NCBI GenBank assembly: GCA_027624865.1
Contig: JAQBTT010000002.1
Span: forward strand, 1-48,809
Reading direction: 5' to 3'
DNA: 48,809 nucleotides
From: a bacterium
GTDB taxonomy: Bacteria > Patescibacteriota > Minisyncoccia > Minisyncoccales > UBA10102
A program made the position numbers and the translations under genes. The notes beneath the pieces were generated by a model. It worked only from the letters and a program-made list of their open reading frames with translations, searched no databases and was not told the DNA's origin. Shown here piece by piece: positions 18,039-27,644 of this stretch; the first letter of the stretch is position 1, and each line of letters opens with the position of its first letter.

Positions 18039-19293
18039 CAACCACCTCAATCCCTAGTCTATCCACATTCCCAGGAAGAGACGAGACCCAGAAAGGCCAC
18101 AAAACAAGGTCAATTTGAGTAAATATGTTATAGGAGGAAAGGATGCTTCCTGCCTCATCTTTTGACTTCCCCCTGAGCTTAATTTTCAGCTCAGTTGGGT
18201 CTACATACTGATATACCGTAGTTTCAACGCTAAGATCCAAAGAGGCTGTTTTTGCATCTTTGTTCACCACAATTTGCTGGAAATCTACCTTAGTCTTTTC
18301 GCTAGCAATACGTTCATCTTCACCAATTTCGTCGGAGAGAAAAATATTCACCAAGGTATCAATATCTGTCTTGGGAAACATAAATAGAGTTGCACTAAGG
18401 GAAACACTCACATTAAATTGGTCCAGTTCAGCGCCAGCAGGTACTAAAGAGTTAGCTTCCAGCACTTCAACAACAATAGAGTCCTTTGTTGCCAGCATGT
18501 GCTCTGGCACTTGACTTAAAAGCTTTTCCTCTGCCTTTCCCGTGAGTTCCCCAATAAGAGAGTCCTTTGCATTTGCAATGTCAGTTGCCGAAACAACAGA
18601 TACCTGGCGCTCCGATCCTCCAGTCATGGGCTTTGTAGATTCAGCGTAAATTACAGTAAACAAAGCAGAACCAGATAATCCAGGCAAGGAGAAGTTAGCA
18701 GGTCCAATGTTGTAATCCTCTCCTGGCTCTGCTGCAGTAACTTCAATATCAATAAATCCAGGAATCAACTTTCCTTGTCCTTCTGTCGCTCCAGGAATGG
18801 TTACCGCTACAGGAGTTCGAAACAGCTTCCCATCCTCGGAAAGAAAACGAGTCTTGGCAACCAATTTTTGAGGTGAAATTTTATACGCATTAAATACCCG
18901 AATAGTTCCAGATGCCTTATTTACCTTTATAGTATTGCTGGAAGCAGGAAATAGGCGAGTTACTTTTTCTTCATCATCTAACGTACGGGATGGAATCTTA
19001 AATTCTTCCCTATCCAATTGCTCCAGGCCAACTTGAGCTGTGATAGACTTTAGTAGTTTTATTTGCCGTGCTTCTGGCCACAGCGTAATATCGGCTTTAG
19101 CAAAGAAAATATGTATACCTCCAATCAATAGTACCATCAAAACTAAAAGAGGCAGAACTACCTTTTTCATCAAACTTGGCAAGCCCTTGCGTTTGCGCTT
19201 TGGGCTTGCTTGAGGCGCCTCCTCTCCAGACTCCTTTGTTTTTTCTGGAGCCCTTTTGGGAGGAGCGATATCTTGAATTTTCCAATTTGCCAT
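18031..19293 (-). CDS. membrane-anchored protein with baseplate-J-like segment
   Basis: TM helix; [25 protein letters not shown] motifs. Confidence 0.7.
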   Translation of the reverse strand: MANWKIQDIAPPKRAPEKTKESGEEAPQASPKRKRKGLPSLMKKVVLPLLVLMVLLIGGIHIFFAKADITLWPEARQIKLLKSITAQVGLEQLDREEFKIPSRTLDDEEKVTRLFPASSNTIKVNKASGTIRVFNAYKISPQKLVAKTRFLSEDGKLFRTPVAVTIPGATEGQGKLIPGFIDIEVTAAEPGEDYNIGPANFSLPGLSGSALFTVIYAESTKPMTGGSERQVSVVSATDIANAKDSLIGELTGKAEEKLLSQVPEHMLATKDSIVVEVLEANSLVPAGAELDQFNVSVSLSATLFMFPKTDIDTLVNIFLSDEIGEDERIASEKTKVDFQQIVVNKDAKTASLDLSVETTVYQYVDPTELKIKLRGKSKDEAGSILSSYNIFTQIDLVLWPFWVSSLPGNVDRLGIEVVVD

Positions 19294-19353
19294 ACGGTTA
19301 TTCTCTCACAAATATGAAAACGCGCAAGTCTCTCCAAAAACTATTGCAAACGC

Positions 19354-19638
19354 TTAATAAACATCGCCATTTTTTTCAATCTGTTCGTCTTCGTAGGGAG
19401 CCGCATAACGGCGGTAGAATTCGTCTCCGATGTTGCGAAACACCCCGGCAATCAGGGCGATAGCCCAGTATCGTTTTTCTGGAGTAACCCCCAGGGCCAA
19501 ACGAGTACATGCATAGTTTAGAAGGCCTGCAAACATGTGAGGATCATTTGTTTCTTTTGTAACTTTTTTAATCTCTTCTGCCAATGCGTCAATATGGGAA
19601 TTAAGACGAGGTCTGTTTTCTTGTTTAATGTATGGCAT
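19354..19638 (-). CDS. conserved small hypothetical protein
   Basis: MPYIK...GLLNY...EFYRR.AAPYED..I..NGDVY; resembles a phage-associated family. Confidence 0.75.
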   Translation of the reverse strand: MPYIKQENRPRLNSHIDALAEEIKKVTKETNDPHMFAGLLNYACTRLALGVTPEKRYWAIALIAGVFRNIGDEFYRRYAAPYEDEQIEKNGDVY

Positions 19639-19669
19639 ACAATAAATGATTAAATTTATATACGACTTT

Positions 19670-20107
19670 TTAAAAGTTTCTTATATCTCCATCAAGCAAA
19701 GTTGGCTGCATTCCCATGACTTCCTCATAAACAGACGAAGTTTCAGGCATAGAGTTAAGCACAAAGATTGGTTTTTTGTAATGAAACGCAAGCGCCATTT
19801 CCATTAAGGTGTTTCCGCCAATGTATCCATCCATATCATTTTTCTTGTAGTTGAGCACCAAGATAGCGTCGCTTTCCAGAATCTTCTTGAAATGCCGGCG
19901 CATCAGCATTGCCTTCCTGGTAAAATCCTTGGGATTTTTAAACCAGGTCTTATACGTTTCAACAGCAAAATCCCCGCTTTTTTTCATCTTATGCGCAGTA
20001 TGCGGGATTTTCACCTTGTACCCCTGCTTTTGCAGCTCTTTTTGCACTTCCAACGCTTGTTTATAAAACGAAGCACTGCAACAAATTGTAATAACATTAC
20101 CTTTCAT
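19670..20107 (-). CDS. nucleoside 2-deoxyribosyltransferase-like protein
   Basis: ITICCSASFY, HFKKI.ESDAILVLN, GYIGGNTLMEMALA...KPIFVLN; start at ATG 20107. Confidence 0.65.
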   Translation of the reverse strand: MKGNVITICCSASFYKQALEVQKELQKQGYKVKIPHTAHKMKKSGDFAVETYKTWFKNPKDFTRKAMLMRRHFKKILESDAILVLNYKKNDMDGYIGGNTLMEMALAFHYKKPIFVLNSMPETSSVYEEVMGMQPTLLDGDIRNF

Positions 20108-20196
20108 ATGACACTTTCCTTTAATACTCCAATACTCGCTAGTATTGGAGCATAGTGATACGCGATTACTTACTGAAGTCGTTTTCAATCAAATGT

Positions 20197-22068
20197 TTAC
20201 TCCGCTTTCAATACAGCTCGAATTCTGCGGACACCAGCAGAGTTAGCTTCTTCTTTTATGATTTTAAAATTACCAAGTTCCAAAGTATTTTTAACATGAG
20301 GACCACCGCAAAACTCTTTTGAAAATGCTTCTCCTTTTTTATTCTTTGCAGAGTATACGGAAACCACGTCTCCGTATTTCACGCCAAACTCCATCTCTGC
20401 TCCTAGCTTCATTGCATCTTTCTTTGGCATTTCTTCTCGCATCATATCTAAACTCTCTTCAATCTTTTGATTTACCAAGTTTTCTACTTCTTGTAGCTGC
20501 TCTGGCGCAACTTTTTGCGGATGTGAAAAGTCCAGGCGTATTCTTTCTGCTGTAATATTACTTCCTCGTTGGTGTACATGCTCCCCAAGCACACAACGTA
20601 AAGCCGCAAGTACTAAATGGTTTGCAGTATGCAGTTTAGTAGTTTCGTAAGAAGCATCAGCAAGCCCTCCTTTAAATCTTCCCGCAATAGCAGTGCGTGA
20701 AACTTCCTGATGTTTTTTAAATTCTTGGTCAAATCCCTCTTCATCAAAACTAAAGCCTCGCTCTTTTGCCAAATCTCTAATGATGTCCTTTGGAATACCA
20801 AGGCTTTGAAACAACAGAAACGAATTTTTAGCCGTAAAGCTTGCTTGGCTAAGATGCACGAGCGAGGTGGTTTTTAATCCTACTTCCAAGGTAGTGCGGA
20901 ACTTCTGTTCCTCTTCCTGGATGTTTTGCACTATTTTTTCTCTTTGCTCAACCAATTCTGGGTATGCACCTTCATACGCGTTAATAAGAGGATCAACAAG
21001 GAGAGCAAGATTTCCCTGCCCTAACCCTATTACATCAGCATGCCGTACAGCACGACGAAGTAATCTTCGCACGATATACCCACGCTCTGTGTTGGATGGT
21101 ATAACACCATCCCCAATCATAAAAGCAGCACCTCGAATGTGGTCTGCAACAATCCGAAAGGAGGTAATACTATCTCCATACTTTTTTGCACTTAATTCCT
21201 CTATCTTCCTGATAACAGCAGACAGCGTATCTATTTTAAATACATCAGCATCTTTGTTAACAGCTGCAGTAATACGCTCCAATCCCGCGCCAAAATCTAC
21301 GTTGCGTTGCGTCAGTTTCTCAAAGCTTCCACTCTCTGTTTTCCTATACTCCATAAAGACAGAGTTTCCTATTTCCATAAATCTTCCACAGTCACAATTG
21401 GGATGACAGTTCTTTCCAAAGCTTTCATCATGCAAAGTTCCAAAATCATAGAAAATTTCAGAATCAGGCCCACCTGGCTCGCCTGGGGGCATATTGGAAG
21501 GAACCCCTGATCTACTCCACCAGTTCTTCTTTACTCCGTAAGCAAAAATCCTTCCCTCTTGCATGCCAAGCTCATACCCCTTCTCCTCAGTTTCCAAATC
21601 AACATCATTTGCCTCAATCCCCTTTTCTTTGAATAAACGCTTTAGGAGAGCAATGGATTCCTCATCTTTTGGTATGTTATTTTCACTATCACCAGAAAAC
21701 ACAGTCATATATAATTTGTGAGGGTCTAACCCAAGCTCACCTGTCAAAAAAGAAAAAACCCAAGGTAATTGTTCTTCTTTAAAGTATTCACCCAAAGACC
21801 AGTTTCCGAGCATCTCAAAGAATGTGGTATGTCGATTGTCTCCTACTTCCTCAATGTCATCTGCCCGAAAACTTTTCTGGGAATTAACCAAACGAGAACC
21901 CATGGCATGAGGTTGCCCTAATAAATATGGGATGAGAGGTTGCATGCCAGAGCCCACAAACAATGTTGTAGGATCATTCTCTGGAACTAAAGAAGCAGAA
22001 GGAATAACTGCGTGCCCTCTTTCTTTAAAAAAGTGTAAGTACTTTTCTCGTATTTCGTTTGAAGTCAT
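20197..22068 (-). CDS. alaS: alanyl-tRNA synthetase (short, no C-Ala domain)
   Basis: DPTTLF..SGMQ, HTTFFEMLGNWS, DHIR, HTANH, EFCGGPHV, GVRRI. Confidence 0.96.
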   Translation of the reverse strand: MTSNEIREKYLHFFKERGHAVIPSASLVPENDPTTLFVGSGMQPLIPYLLGQPHAMGSRLVNSQKSFRADDIEEVGDNRHTTFFEMLGNWSLGEYFKEEQLPWVFSFLTGELGLDPHKLYMTVFSGDSENNIPKDEESIALLKRLFKEKGIEANDVDLETEEKGYELGMQEGRIFAYGVKKNWWSRSGVPSNMPPGEPGGPDSEIFYDFGTLHDESFGKNCHPNCDCGRFMEIGNSVFMEYRKTESGSFEKLTQRNVDFGAGLERITAAVNKDADVFKIDTLSAVIRKIEELSAKKYGDSITSFRIVADHIRGAAFMIGDGVIPSNTERGYIVRRLLRRAVRHADVIGLGQGNLALLVDPLINAYEGAYPELVEQREKIVQNIQEEEQKFRTTLEVGLKTTSLVHLSQASFTAKNSFLLFQSLGIPKDIIRDLAKERGFSFDEEGFDQEFKKHQEVSRTAIAGRFKGGLADASYETTKLHTANHLVLAALRCVLGEHVHQRGSNITAERIRLDFSHPQKVAPEQLQEVENLVNQKIEESLDMMREEMPKKDAMKLGAEMEFGVKYGDVVSVYSAKNKKGEAFSKEFCGGPHVKNTLELGNFKIIKEEANSAGVRRIRAVLKAE

Positions 22069-22156
22069 AGGCCGTATGATAGCACACACCACTCTTGGTA
22101 TGAAGGAGAACTATTGACTCCCTCCTTGGATATGCTATATTATATCTATCACTATG

Positions 22157-22199
22157 AAAAAGCTCCCATGTGGGTTCCGTCCCACAGCGGGGCTTTTTT
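22157..22199. terminator. bidirectional terminator-like hairpin (possible sRNA)
   Basis: aaaaagctcc-catgtgggttccgtcccacagc-ggggcttttt. Confidence 0.6.
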
Positions 22200-22695
22200 A
22201 TTTATGGTATTCAAGGCGCGCTCTAAAACGCTCCAGGAAAACAATATTATTAGGGACTGCCTTTCGCAGTAATACTGATGCCTTTCTGTGGCTTGGGCTT
22301 AAAACCATCGCAAATCGCTTTTTCTCCACAAGGAAATTCACCAGGCAAGCGAAATCACCGTCGCCACTAACAAGTACTGCTTTATCATGTTGTTCCTCAT
22401 ATGTATCAGATACTGCCTGAAGCACTAACTCTGCATCGCAGTTTCCCTTGATCTCTCCTTTGCCGTCGGGAATAGTCGGTTTGAATACAATGGTATAGCC
22501 TCAGTTTTGAAGGTTGCGATACAAATTAGTATTTCCAGCAACAAAACCAAGAAACATATACGCCCTTTGCACAACGTATTTGTCTTTAAGATACACGCGA
22601 AATCGTTTGTAGTCCAAACGCCATCCAAGCTCCTCAATGCCTTTATGGAGATTTGCTCCATCTATATACGCAAAGTTGTTTTCTTTTGGAGTCAT
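22198..22695 (-). pseudogene. NYN-domain (LabA/DUF88-like) nuclease interrupted by one in-frame TGA
   Basis: YIDGANL...LQN*GYTIVFKPT...KGNCDAELVL...VLVSGDGDF; TGA at 22501-22503, same frame on both sides. Confidence 0.85.
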
Positions 22696-22700
22696 ATCAG

Positions 22701-23747
22701 CTATATGATGACACCACCTCCCAAAAGCTCTTCTCCATTGTAAAATACAGCAAATTGCCCTGGGGTAATTGCTCGCTGTGGAACCTCTGGGATTACTTTT
22801 ATTACGCCATCTTTCATTTCCTTGAGCGTAACATGCACATCCTCTTGTCGGTAGCGAAACTTTGCTGATATGGAATCTGCTACCTCTTTATATGGCAAAA
22901 ACCAATTCATGTCGCGAATCAGAAGTTCAGATGTCATAATATCCTGTTCATCTCTCGTAACTTCCAGGGTATTTAATGCTCCATCTTTTTTTGCAACATA
23001 GTATGGACCGCCTGATAGTTTTAATCCTTCCCGTTGTCCTACGGTATAGTAATATGCTCCATCGTGCGTTCCAAGTATCTCACCTGTAGTGCTTACAATA
23101 GCCCCTTCTTTTTTGGGAATGTGAACCCGCAAAAAATCTCCAAGCTCTACCTTCCCTACAAAGCAAATCCCCTGACTATCTTTGCGCTCTGCATTTGGCA
23201 AGCCAAGTTTTTTTGCAAACGCTCTTACTTGAGTCTTTTCATACTCCCCTATTGGAAATAGGGTTTTTGCCAACACCTCGGGTTTCACCATCGCTAAAAA
23301 ATATGACTGATCCTTTGTTTCATCTTTGCCTTTGAGCAACACATAATCGGCATTCTTTTTTTTCACTCGAGCGTAGTGTCCGGTAGCAACAAAGTTAGCG
23401 CCAAGCGCCATTGCCTTTTTAAAAAACAACCCAAACTTAATTTCTCGGTTGCACATGATATCTGGATTTGGAGTAACTCCCTCTTGATATCCCTTAATCA
23501 TATACTCAACTACCTTTTCTTTGTACTCATTAATAAAGTTCCAAACATATAGAGGAATTTTTAAATGCGAGGCAGCCAGGCGAGCTGAGCGTTCATCCTC
23601 CTTTGTAGTGCATGCAGGGCCCTCTGTCCAACACTTCATATATATTCCCACCACGTCAAAACCAGCTTTTTTGAGCAAAGCTGCGGCTACCGAACTATCT
23701 ACTCCGCCAGACATCCCAACGAATACTTTTCTCTTTTTTTTATTCAT
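22701..23747 (-). CDS. mnmA: tRNA 2-thiouridylase
   Basis: SGGVDSS, TPNPDIMCN, ATGHYAR, KDQSYFL, DSQGICFVG, PGQ. Confidence 0.97.
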   Translation of the reverse strand: MNKKKRKVFVGMSGGVDSSVAAALLKKAGFDVVGIYMKCWTEGPACTTKEDERSARLAASHLKIPLYVWNFINEYKEKVVEYMIKGYQEGVTPNPDIMCNREIKFGLFFKKAMALGANFVATGHYARVKKKNADYVLLKGKDETKDQSYFLAMVKPEVLAKTLFPIGEYEKTQVRAFAKKLGLPNAERKDSQGICFVGKVELGDFLRVHIPKKEGAIVSTTGEILGTHDGAYYYTVGQREGLKLSGGPYYVAKKDGALNTLEVTRDEQDIMTSELLIRDMNWFLPYKEVADSISAKFRYRQEDVHVTLKEMKDGVIKVIPEVPQRAITPGQFAVFYNGEELLGGGVII

Positions 23748-23793
23748 TATGAATACTAAGTATGCCACAGCGTGCATCTTTTGTCACACACAA

Positions 23794-23831
23794 AATAAAA
23801 AGAGAGTAGCAAGAAGCTCTCTCTTTTTATT
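23794..23831. terminator. bidirectional terminator
   Basis: aataaaaagagag...ctctctttttatt inverted repeat. Confidence 0.6.
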
Positions 23832-23981
23832 CACTAGCAAGACTATTTCTTGCCGCCCTTTTTCTTTTTTGCTGGCATGTATTTGTGGATTGATTAAGAG
23901 ACGTGAGGACGACCATTCCCTCAACATATGCTCTTTGGCTTATTCTAGAATGCCAACGTACTGTGTCAATGGTGCATAACT

Positions 23982-24821
23982 TTATCTTACAACTGCATCA
24001 CTCATACGTGCTGTGCGGACCGCCTCTTTCACATCATGCACTCGCATAATATCCACTCCTTGCGTAATGCCAAGTGCAACAGTAGCTAAAGTCCCCTCAA
24101 GTCTATCACTTGGCGCAAGTCCGCCCAGTGTTTCTCCTATAAAAGATTTTCTTGAAGTTCCAAGGAGCAAGGGAAGATGAAAATGCGAGCGTATCTTTTT
24201 AAGATTGCGAAGTATTTCCAAATTATGTTCTGTCTTTTTCCCAAACCCAATACCAGGATCAACAATTATGTTCTCTCGCAAAACTCCCACATCTATCGCT
24301 TGCAAAACACTTTTTTCAAGGCTTGCTATGACATCTTTTGTAACATTGGTATATTCATAGCTTGATTGATTATGCATAAGGATAAGAGGAGTTTTTTGCT
24401 TTGCTGCAACACTCGCAATACGAGGGTCCTTTTTAAGCCCCCATACATCATTAATAAGCGAAGCACCTTCCTTAATTGCGCGCTCTGCAACATCTGCTTT
24501 GTATGTATCAATGCTCATGGGGATTTTTAAAACCAAGGCAAGCTCATGAATCACTGGCAATACACGCTCCAATTCTTCCTTAACTGAAATTAGATTTGCG
24601 CCCTTTCCATACACAGTTCCAGGAGGCTTTGAGGATTCCCCACCAATATCTATGATATCAGCCCCGTCTTTTTCCATTTGTAGTGCCTTTGCAATCGCAA
24701 CTTTCGCGCTCCCTGCAAGCCCATCGCCAGAAAAAGAATCGTCCGTGATGTTTAGCACTCCCATTACATATGTACGACTCCCCCACTCAAGTATACTATT
24801 CTTAATTTTCATCATAGCCAA
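23982..24821 (-). CDS. folP: dihydropteroate synthase
   Basis: MGVLNIT.DSFSGDG, IDIGGES, DPGIGFGK, SRKSFIG, RVHDV. Confidence 0.96.
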   Translation of the reverse strand: MAMMKIKNSILEWGSRTYVMGVLNITDDSFSGDGLAGSAKVAIAKALQMEKDGADIIDIGGESSKPPGTVYGKGANLISVKEELERVLPVIHELALVLKIPMSIDTYKADVAERAIKEGASLINDVWGLKKDPRIASVAAKQKTPLILMHNQSSYEYTNVTKDVIASLEKSVLQAIDVGVLRENIIVDPGIGFGKKTEHNLEILRNLKKIRSHFHLPLLLGTSRKSFIGETLGGLAPSDRLEGTLATVALGITQGVDIMRVHDVKEAVRTARMSDAVVR

Positions 24822-25300
24822 TCTTTTTTATACAACCTAACTTCTTCTTTTTGAGGCAAATCCTCAAGTATATTTGAAACACTTTTCTTTACTACAGGAT
24901 GCGTCAACTGAGGGGCAATCTCACATAGCGGGACAAGAACAAATGCTCGCTCATGTAATCGTGGATGAGGAACTACAAGGTTCTCTTTTGCAAGAATCTC
25001 ATCTTCGTAAAATAGTATATCTAGATCTATGGTGCGCGGTCCATTTTCTATTGTGCGAACTCTCTTAAGCTTTTGCTCAATCTCCAAAACAAATGAAAGG
25101 AGTTCTTGCAAAGTTAGCTTGGTTTCAATTTGCACCACAGCATTTAAAAACCAATCTTGGTTGGCATATCCCACCGGTTCTGTTTCATACAAAGAAGAAA
25201 AGGCCAGCACCTTACTTTGCTTTTCCAGTTCTCGCGCAGCTTCTTTAAGATACCTCTCTCTATCTTTAATATTTGAACCCAAAGCAATATATGAAACCAT
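24812..25300 (-). CDS. folK: hydroxymethyldihydropterin pyrophosphokinase
   Basis: YIALGSN, YETEP, FLNAV, GPRTIDLDIL, PHPRLHERAFVLVPL; start trimmed to ATG 25300. Confidence 0.95.
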   Translation of the reverse strand: MVSYIALGSNIKDRERYLKEAARELEKQSKVLAFSSLYETEPVGYANQDWFLNAVVQIETKLTLQELLSFVLEIEQKLKRVRTIENGPRTIDLDILFYEDEILAKENLVVPHPRLHERAFVLVPLCEIAPQLTHPVVKKSVSNILEDLPQKEEVRLYKKDWL

Positions 25301-25543
25301 ACTAAACTCTAGCAAAAAACCGCCTGCTTGGCGATTGTTTGACAATAAATTAATTCTCTGCGAGAATAAAATTGTGGATGTGCAGCCTGCAAGGATACAT
25401 CTTCTTCGGAAGAGAAGCCGTAGGGCACTGTTCATTCACCTAAGCTCATTAGTTTTATAGCACACTACGTATACCTTAAGACCCGTCACTACATGGGTCT
25501 TTCTTTTTGTGAAAACGGTGCTCCGCAGGTAGGACTCAAGCTT

Positions 25544-26221
25544 TTAGTTAACTTCTTTAATAATATTTAAAAACTCTTTTGCGTCCAAAGAAGCAGCTCC
25601 TATCAATACTCCATGCACCTTTCCCACTTTCATAATCGAAGTAATGCTTTTTGCATCTACGCTCCCGCCATACAGTATTGGAACATTTTTTCCTACAACT
25701 TTCTTCATTGCTTGGGCCATCGTAGAAATATTCCCTGGAGTAATACGTTTTCCTCCTTGCGTACTAATTGCAGAAGATGGCTCAAACACCACAAGTATAT
25801 TCTTAAAGCTCTTCATGTTCTTTGCAATCATTTGAAGTTCTCGCACATTTTCAACACATAAGATAACTTTTAATCCAGCTTGCAAAGCAGCCTCAGCTTT
25901 TGCTTGCACCATTCCTAGGGTTTCGGCAAGATACTTCTTTCGTTCAGAATGCCCCAGGATAACAAAGGTACATCCCAAGCTCTTAAGCTGAAAAGGAGAA
26001 ACTTCCCCCGTAAGAGCGCCTTTTTGCTCCCAGGAACAGTTCTGCGCCCCAATTTGTACATTCTTTGATGCTGGCAACTGGGGAATAAAAACATAGGGAG
26101 GACAAAGCACCACTGTAGCGTTATATCCTTTAGCGCCCTTTGCCACCTTTTTTGCCAACACAAAAGCGCCCCTTGATGTTAATGGGTTCATCTTCCAGTT
26201 CGCAATAATAATAGGTTTCAT
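25544..26221 (-). CDS. tpiA: triosephosphate isomerase
   Basis: ANWKMN, GAQN, TGEVS, GHSER, LYGGSV; start trimmed to ATG 26221. Confidence 0.93.
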   Translation of the reverse strand: MKPIIIANWKMNPLTSRGAFVLAKKVAKGAKGYNATVVLCPPYVFIPQLPASKNVQIGAQNCSWEQKGALTGEVSPFQLKSLGCTFVILGHSERKKYLAETLGMVQAKAEAALQAGLKVILCVENVRELQMIAKNMKSFKNILVVFEPSSAISTQGGKRITPGNISTMAQAMKKVVGKNVPILYGGSVDAKSITSIMKVGKVHGVLIGAASLDAKEFLNIIKEVN

Positions 26222-26266
26222 ATGTTTAAGAGTCCAAGCGTGATCATACTTACAATGATCCCTGCT

Positions 26267-26450
26267 ATTATGTGCCCCAATAGCATTATTGTTAAGGGGA
26301 AAATAGCTATTAACATATAGTAATGCCACATGTTAGTACGGACACAATGGCTGCAGCCATTATGTGCCCCAATAGCATTATTGTTAAGGGAAAAATAGCT
26401 ATTAACATATAGTAATGCCACATGTTAGTACGGACACAATGGCTGCAGCC
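26267..26450. repeat. 2 x 92-bp tandem repeat carrying an alternative 3' end of the upstream gene
   Basis: Units 26267-26358 and 26359-26450 differ at one base. Confidence 0.9.
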
Positions 26451-26851
26451 ATTATAACGCCAAAAAGGATAAGAGGAAATGCCTTGCGAAACGGTATCCC
26501 AAAAACAAAGGCAACAAGAACAGCGGTCCACGCTCCGGTAAATGGTAGTGGAATTGCTACAAACAAAACAAGAGAAAGATCTTTTAGTAATGTAAACATT
26601 TTCTCATGTCTTTTCCTGGTTCGCAAAAAGAGCCAAGTAAAGATCTTTGCAAATATTGAAAAGCGCGAAGAAAGAGTTTCTGCGATAAAGCCGAGAGAAG
26701 GCAAAAAAAGCACAGGAATCATGTTTCCTGCAATTGCTAAGAAAAAGACCTGCCAGAAAGGCAACTTATACACCAATACACCCAAAGGAATTGCCCCTCG
26801 AAGCTCTGCAATTGGAGAGGCTGCAATAAGCGCAACAAAAAGTTGTTCCAT
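26402..26851 (-). CDS. COG2426 putative small multidrug export membrane protein
   Basis: PIAELRGAIP, GNMIPV, FVAIPLPFTGAWT. Confidence 0.88.
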   Translation of the reverse strand: MEQLFVALIAASPIAELRGAIPLGVLVYKLPFWQVFFLAIAGNMIPVLFLPSLGFIAETLSSRFSIFAKIFTWLFLRTRKRHEKMFTLLKDLSLVLFVAIPLPFTGAWTAVLVAFVFGIPFRKAFPLILFGVIMAAAIVSVLTCGITIC

Positions 26852-26932
26852 GTTGCACTATTGTATCATCTCTCGTAAAAAAAGAAGAGTGCCCGGGATT
26901 TTAATTTTCCCCAGGCACTATATACATAAAAA

Positions 26933-27157
26933 TTATGCGAGCGTGCTTTGAAGCTGGCAAAATCGAAGTAGCTTTCGTATTTGTGTTTTCTCAGAGGCTC
27001 CAATTTCGCCCCCAAGCTCAAAGTATACTACAAGGTACATGCGCCTTGCTGATTCCTCCCACAGATTTAAGGAGCCTCCTTCAAGAATCTTTCGCAAAAG
27101 GGATTGGAGAATCTCGCAAGCCTGTCTTAAAGCTTCCATTTTCCCATGATCAACCAT
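26933..27157 (-). CDS. hypothetical protein
   Basis: GGGGAGGG RBS before ATG 27157; 74 aa. Confidence 0.5.
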   Translation of the reverse strand: MVDHGKMEALRQACEILQSLLRKILEGGSLNLWEESARRMYLVVYFELGGEIGASEKTQIRKLLRFCQLQSTLA

Positions 27158-27312
27158 AATTCCCTCCCCCAAACACAAAGTAGATGGTGTAGGAAATATA
27201 ATAAACTGATGTCCTCTTGTCAATATTTCTTTGTCTTGCGACATCAATGAAATAAAAAAGGCACTCCTAGCTAAAGGGTGCCTTTCATTCTTGCCCGAAG
27301 CCACCAAAGAGG

Positions 27313-27594
27313 CTAAGGGTGCTTGAAGCTAAACTCATCGCCCGCTCGAATGAGGGTCATCCCGCTTCCTTTGGGAGTGAGCTTCTTGCCGTTTAAACTG
27401 AAGGGGCCAAGGACAGTTATATTACCATTACCGATTTTAGCCATGGCAACCCTGGCAGCTTGAGGCACTGTGCAACCAACAAACCCATGATGGCTCTTAA
27501 TAACCTTAGTGCCTCTCCATTTGTGCCAAAGGAAGGCCTTTGGTGCGTTCGTGATCCTAGCTGTAGTAAGCTGAAAATCAGGTCCTCTTCTCAT
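27313..27594 (-). CDS. hypothetical protein
   Basis: GAGGAG/GAGGGG RBS; terminator-like hairpin at ~27254-27286. Confidence 0.55.
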   Translation of the reverse strand: MRRGPDFQLTTARITNAPKAFLWHKWRGTKVIKSHHGFVGCTVPQAARVAMAKIGNGNITVLGPFSLNGKKLTPKGSGMTLIRAGDEFSFKHP

Positions 27595-27644
27595 CCCCTC
27601 TACTCCTCGCCAAAAATCCTCGTCTTGACTATGCTCTATTCACC

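Noticed and set aside
18031..19293. Prophage or contractile tail locus
   Set aside because: Single membrane-anchored baseplate-J-like gene with no structural phage neighbours.
22501..22503. Genetic code 25 (TGA=Gly) or code 4
   Set aside because: TGA terminates conserved genes at the expected positions, and other genes have no internal TGA.
26218..26455. Diversity-generating retroelement TR/VR pair
   Set aside because: Differences are not restricted to adenines, and no reverse transcriptase is present in the window.
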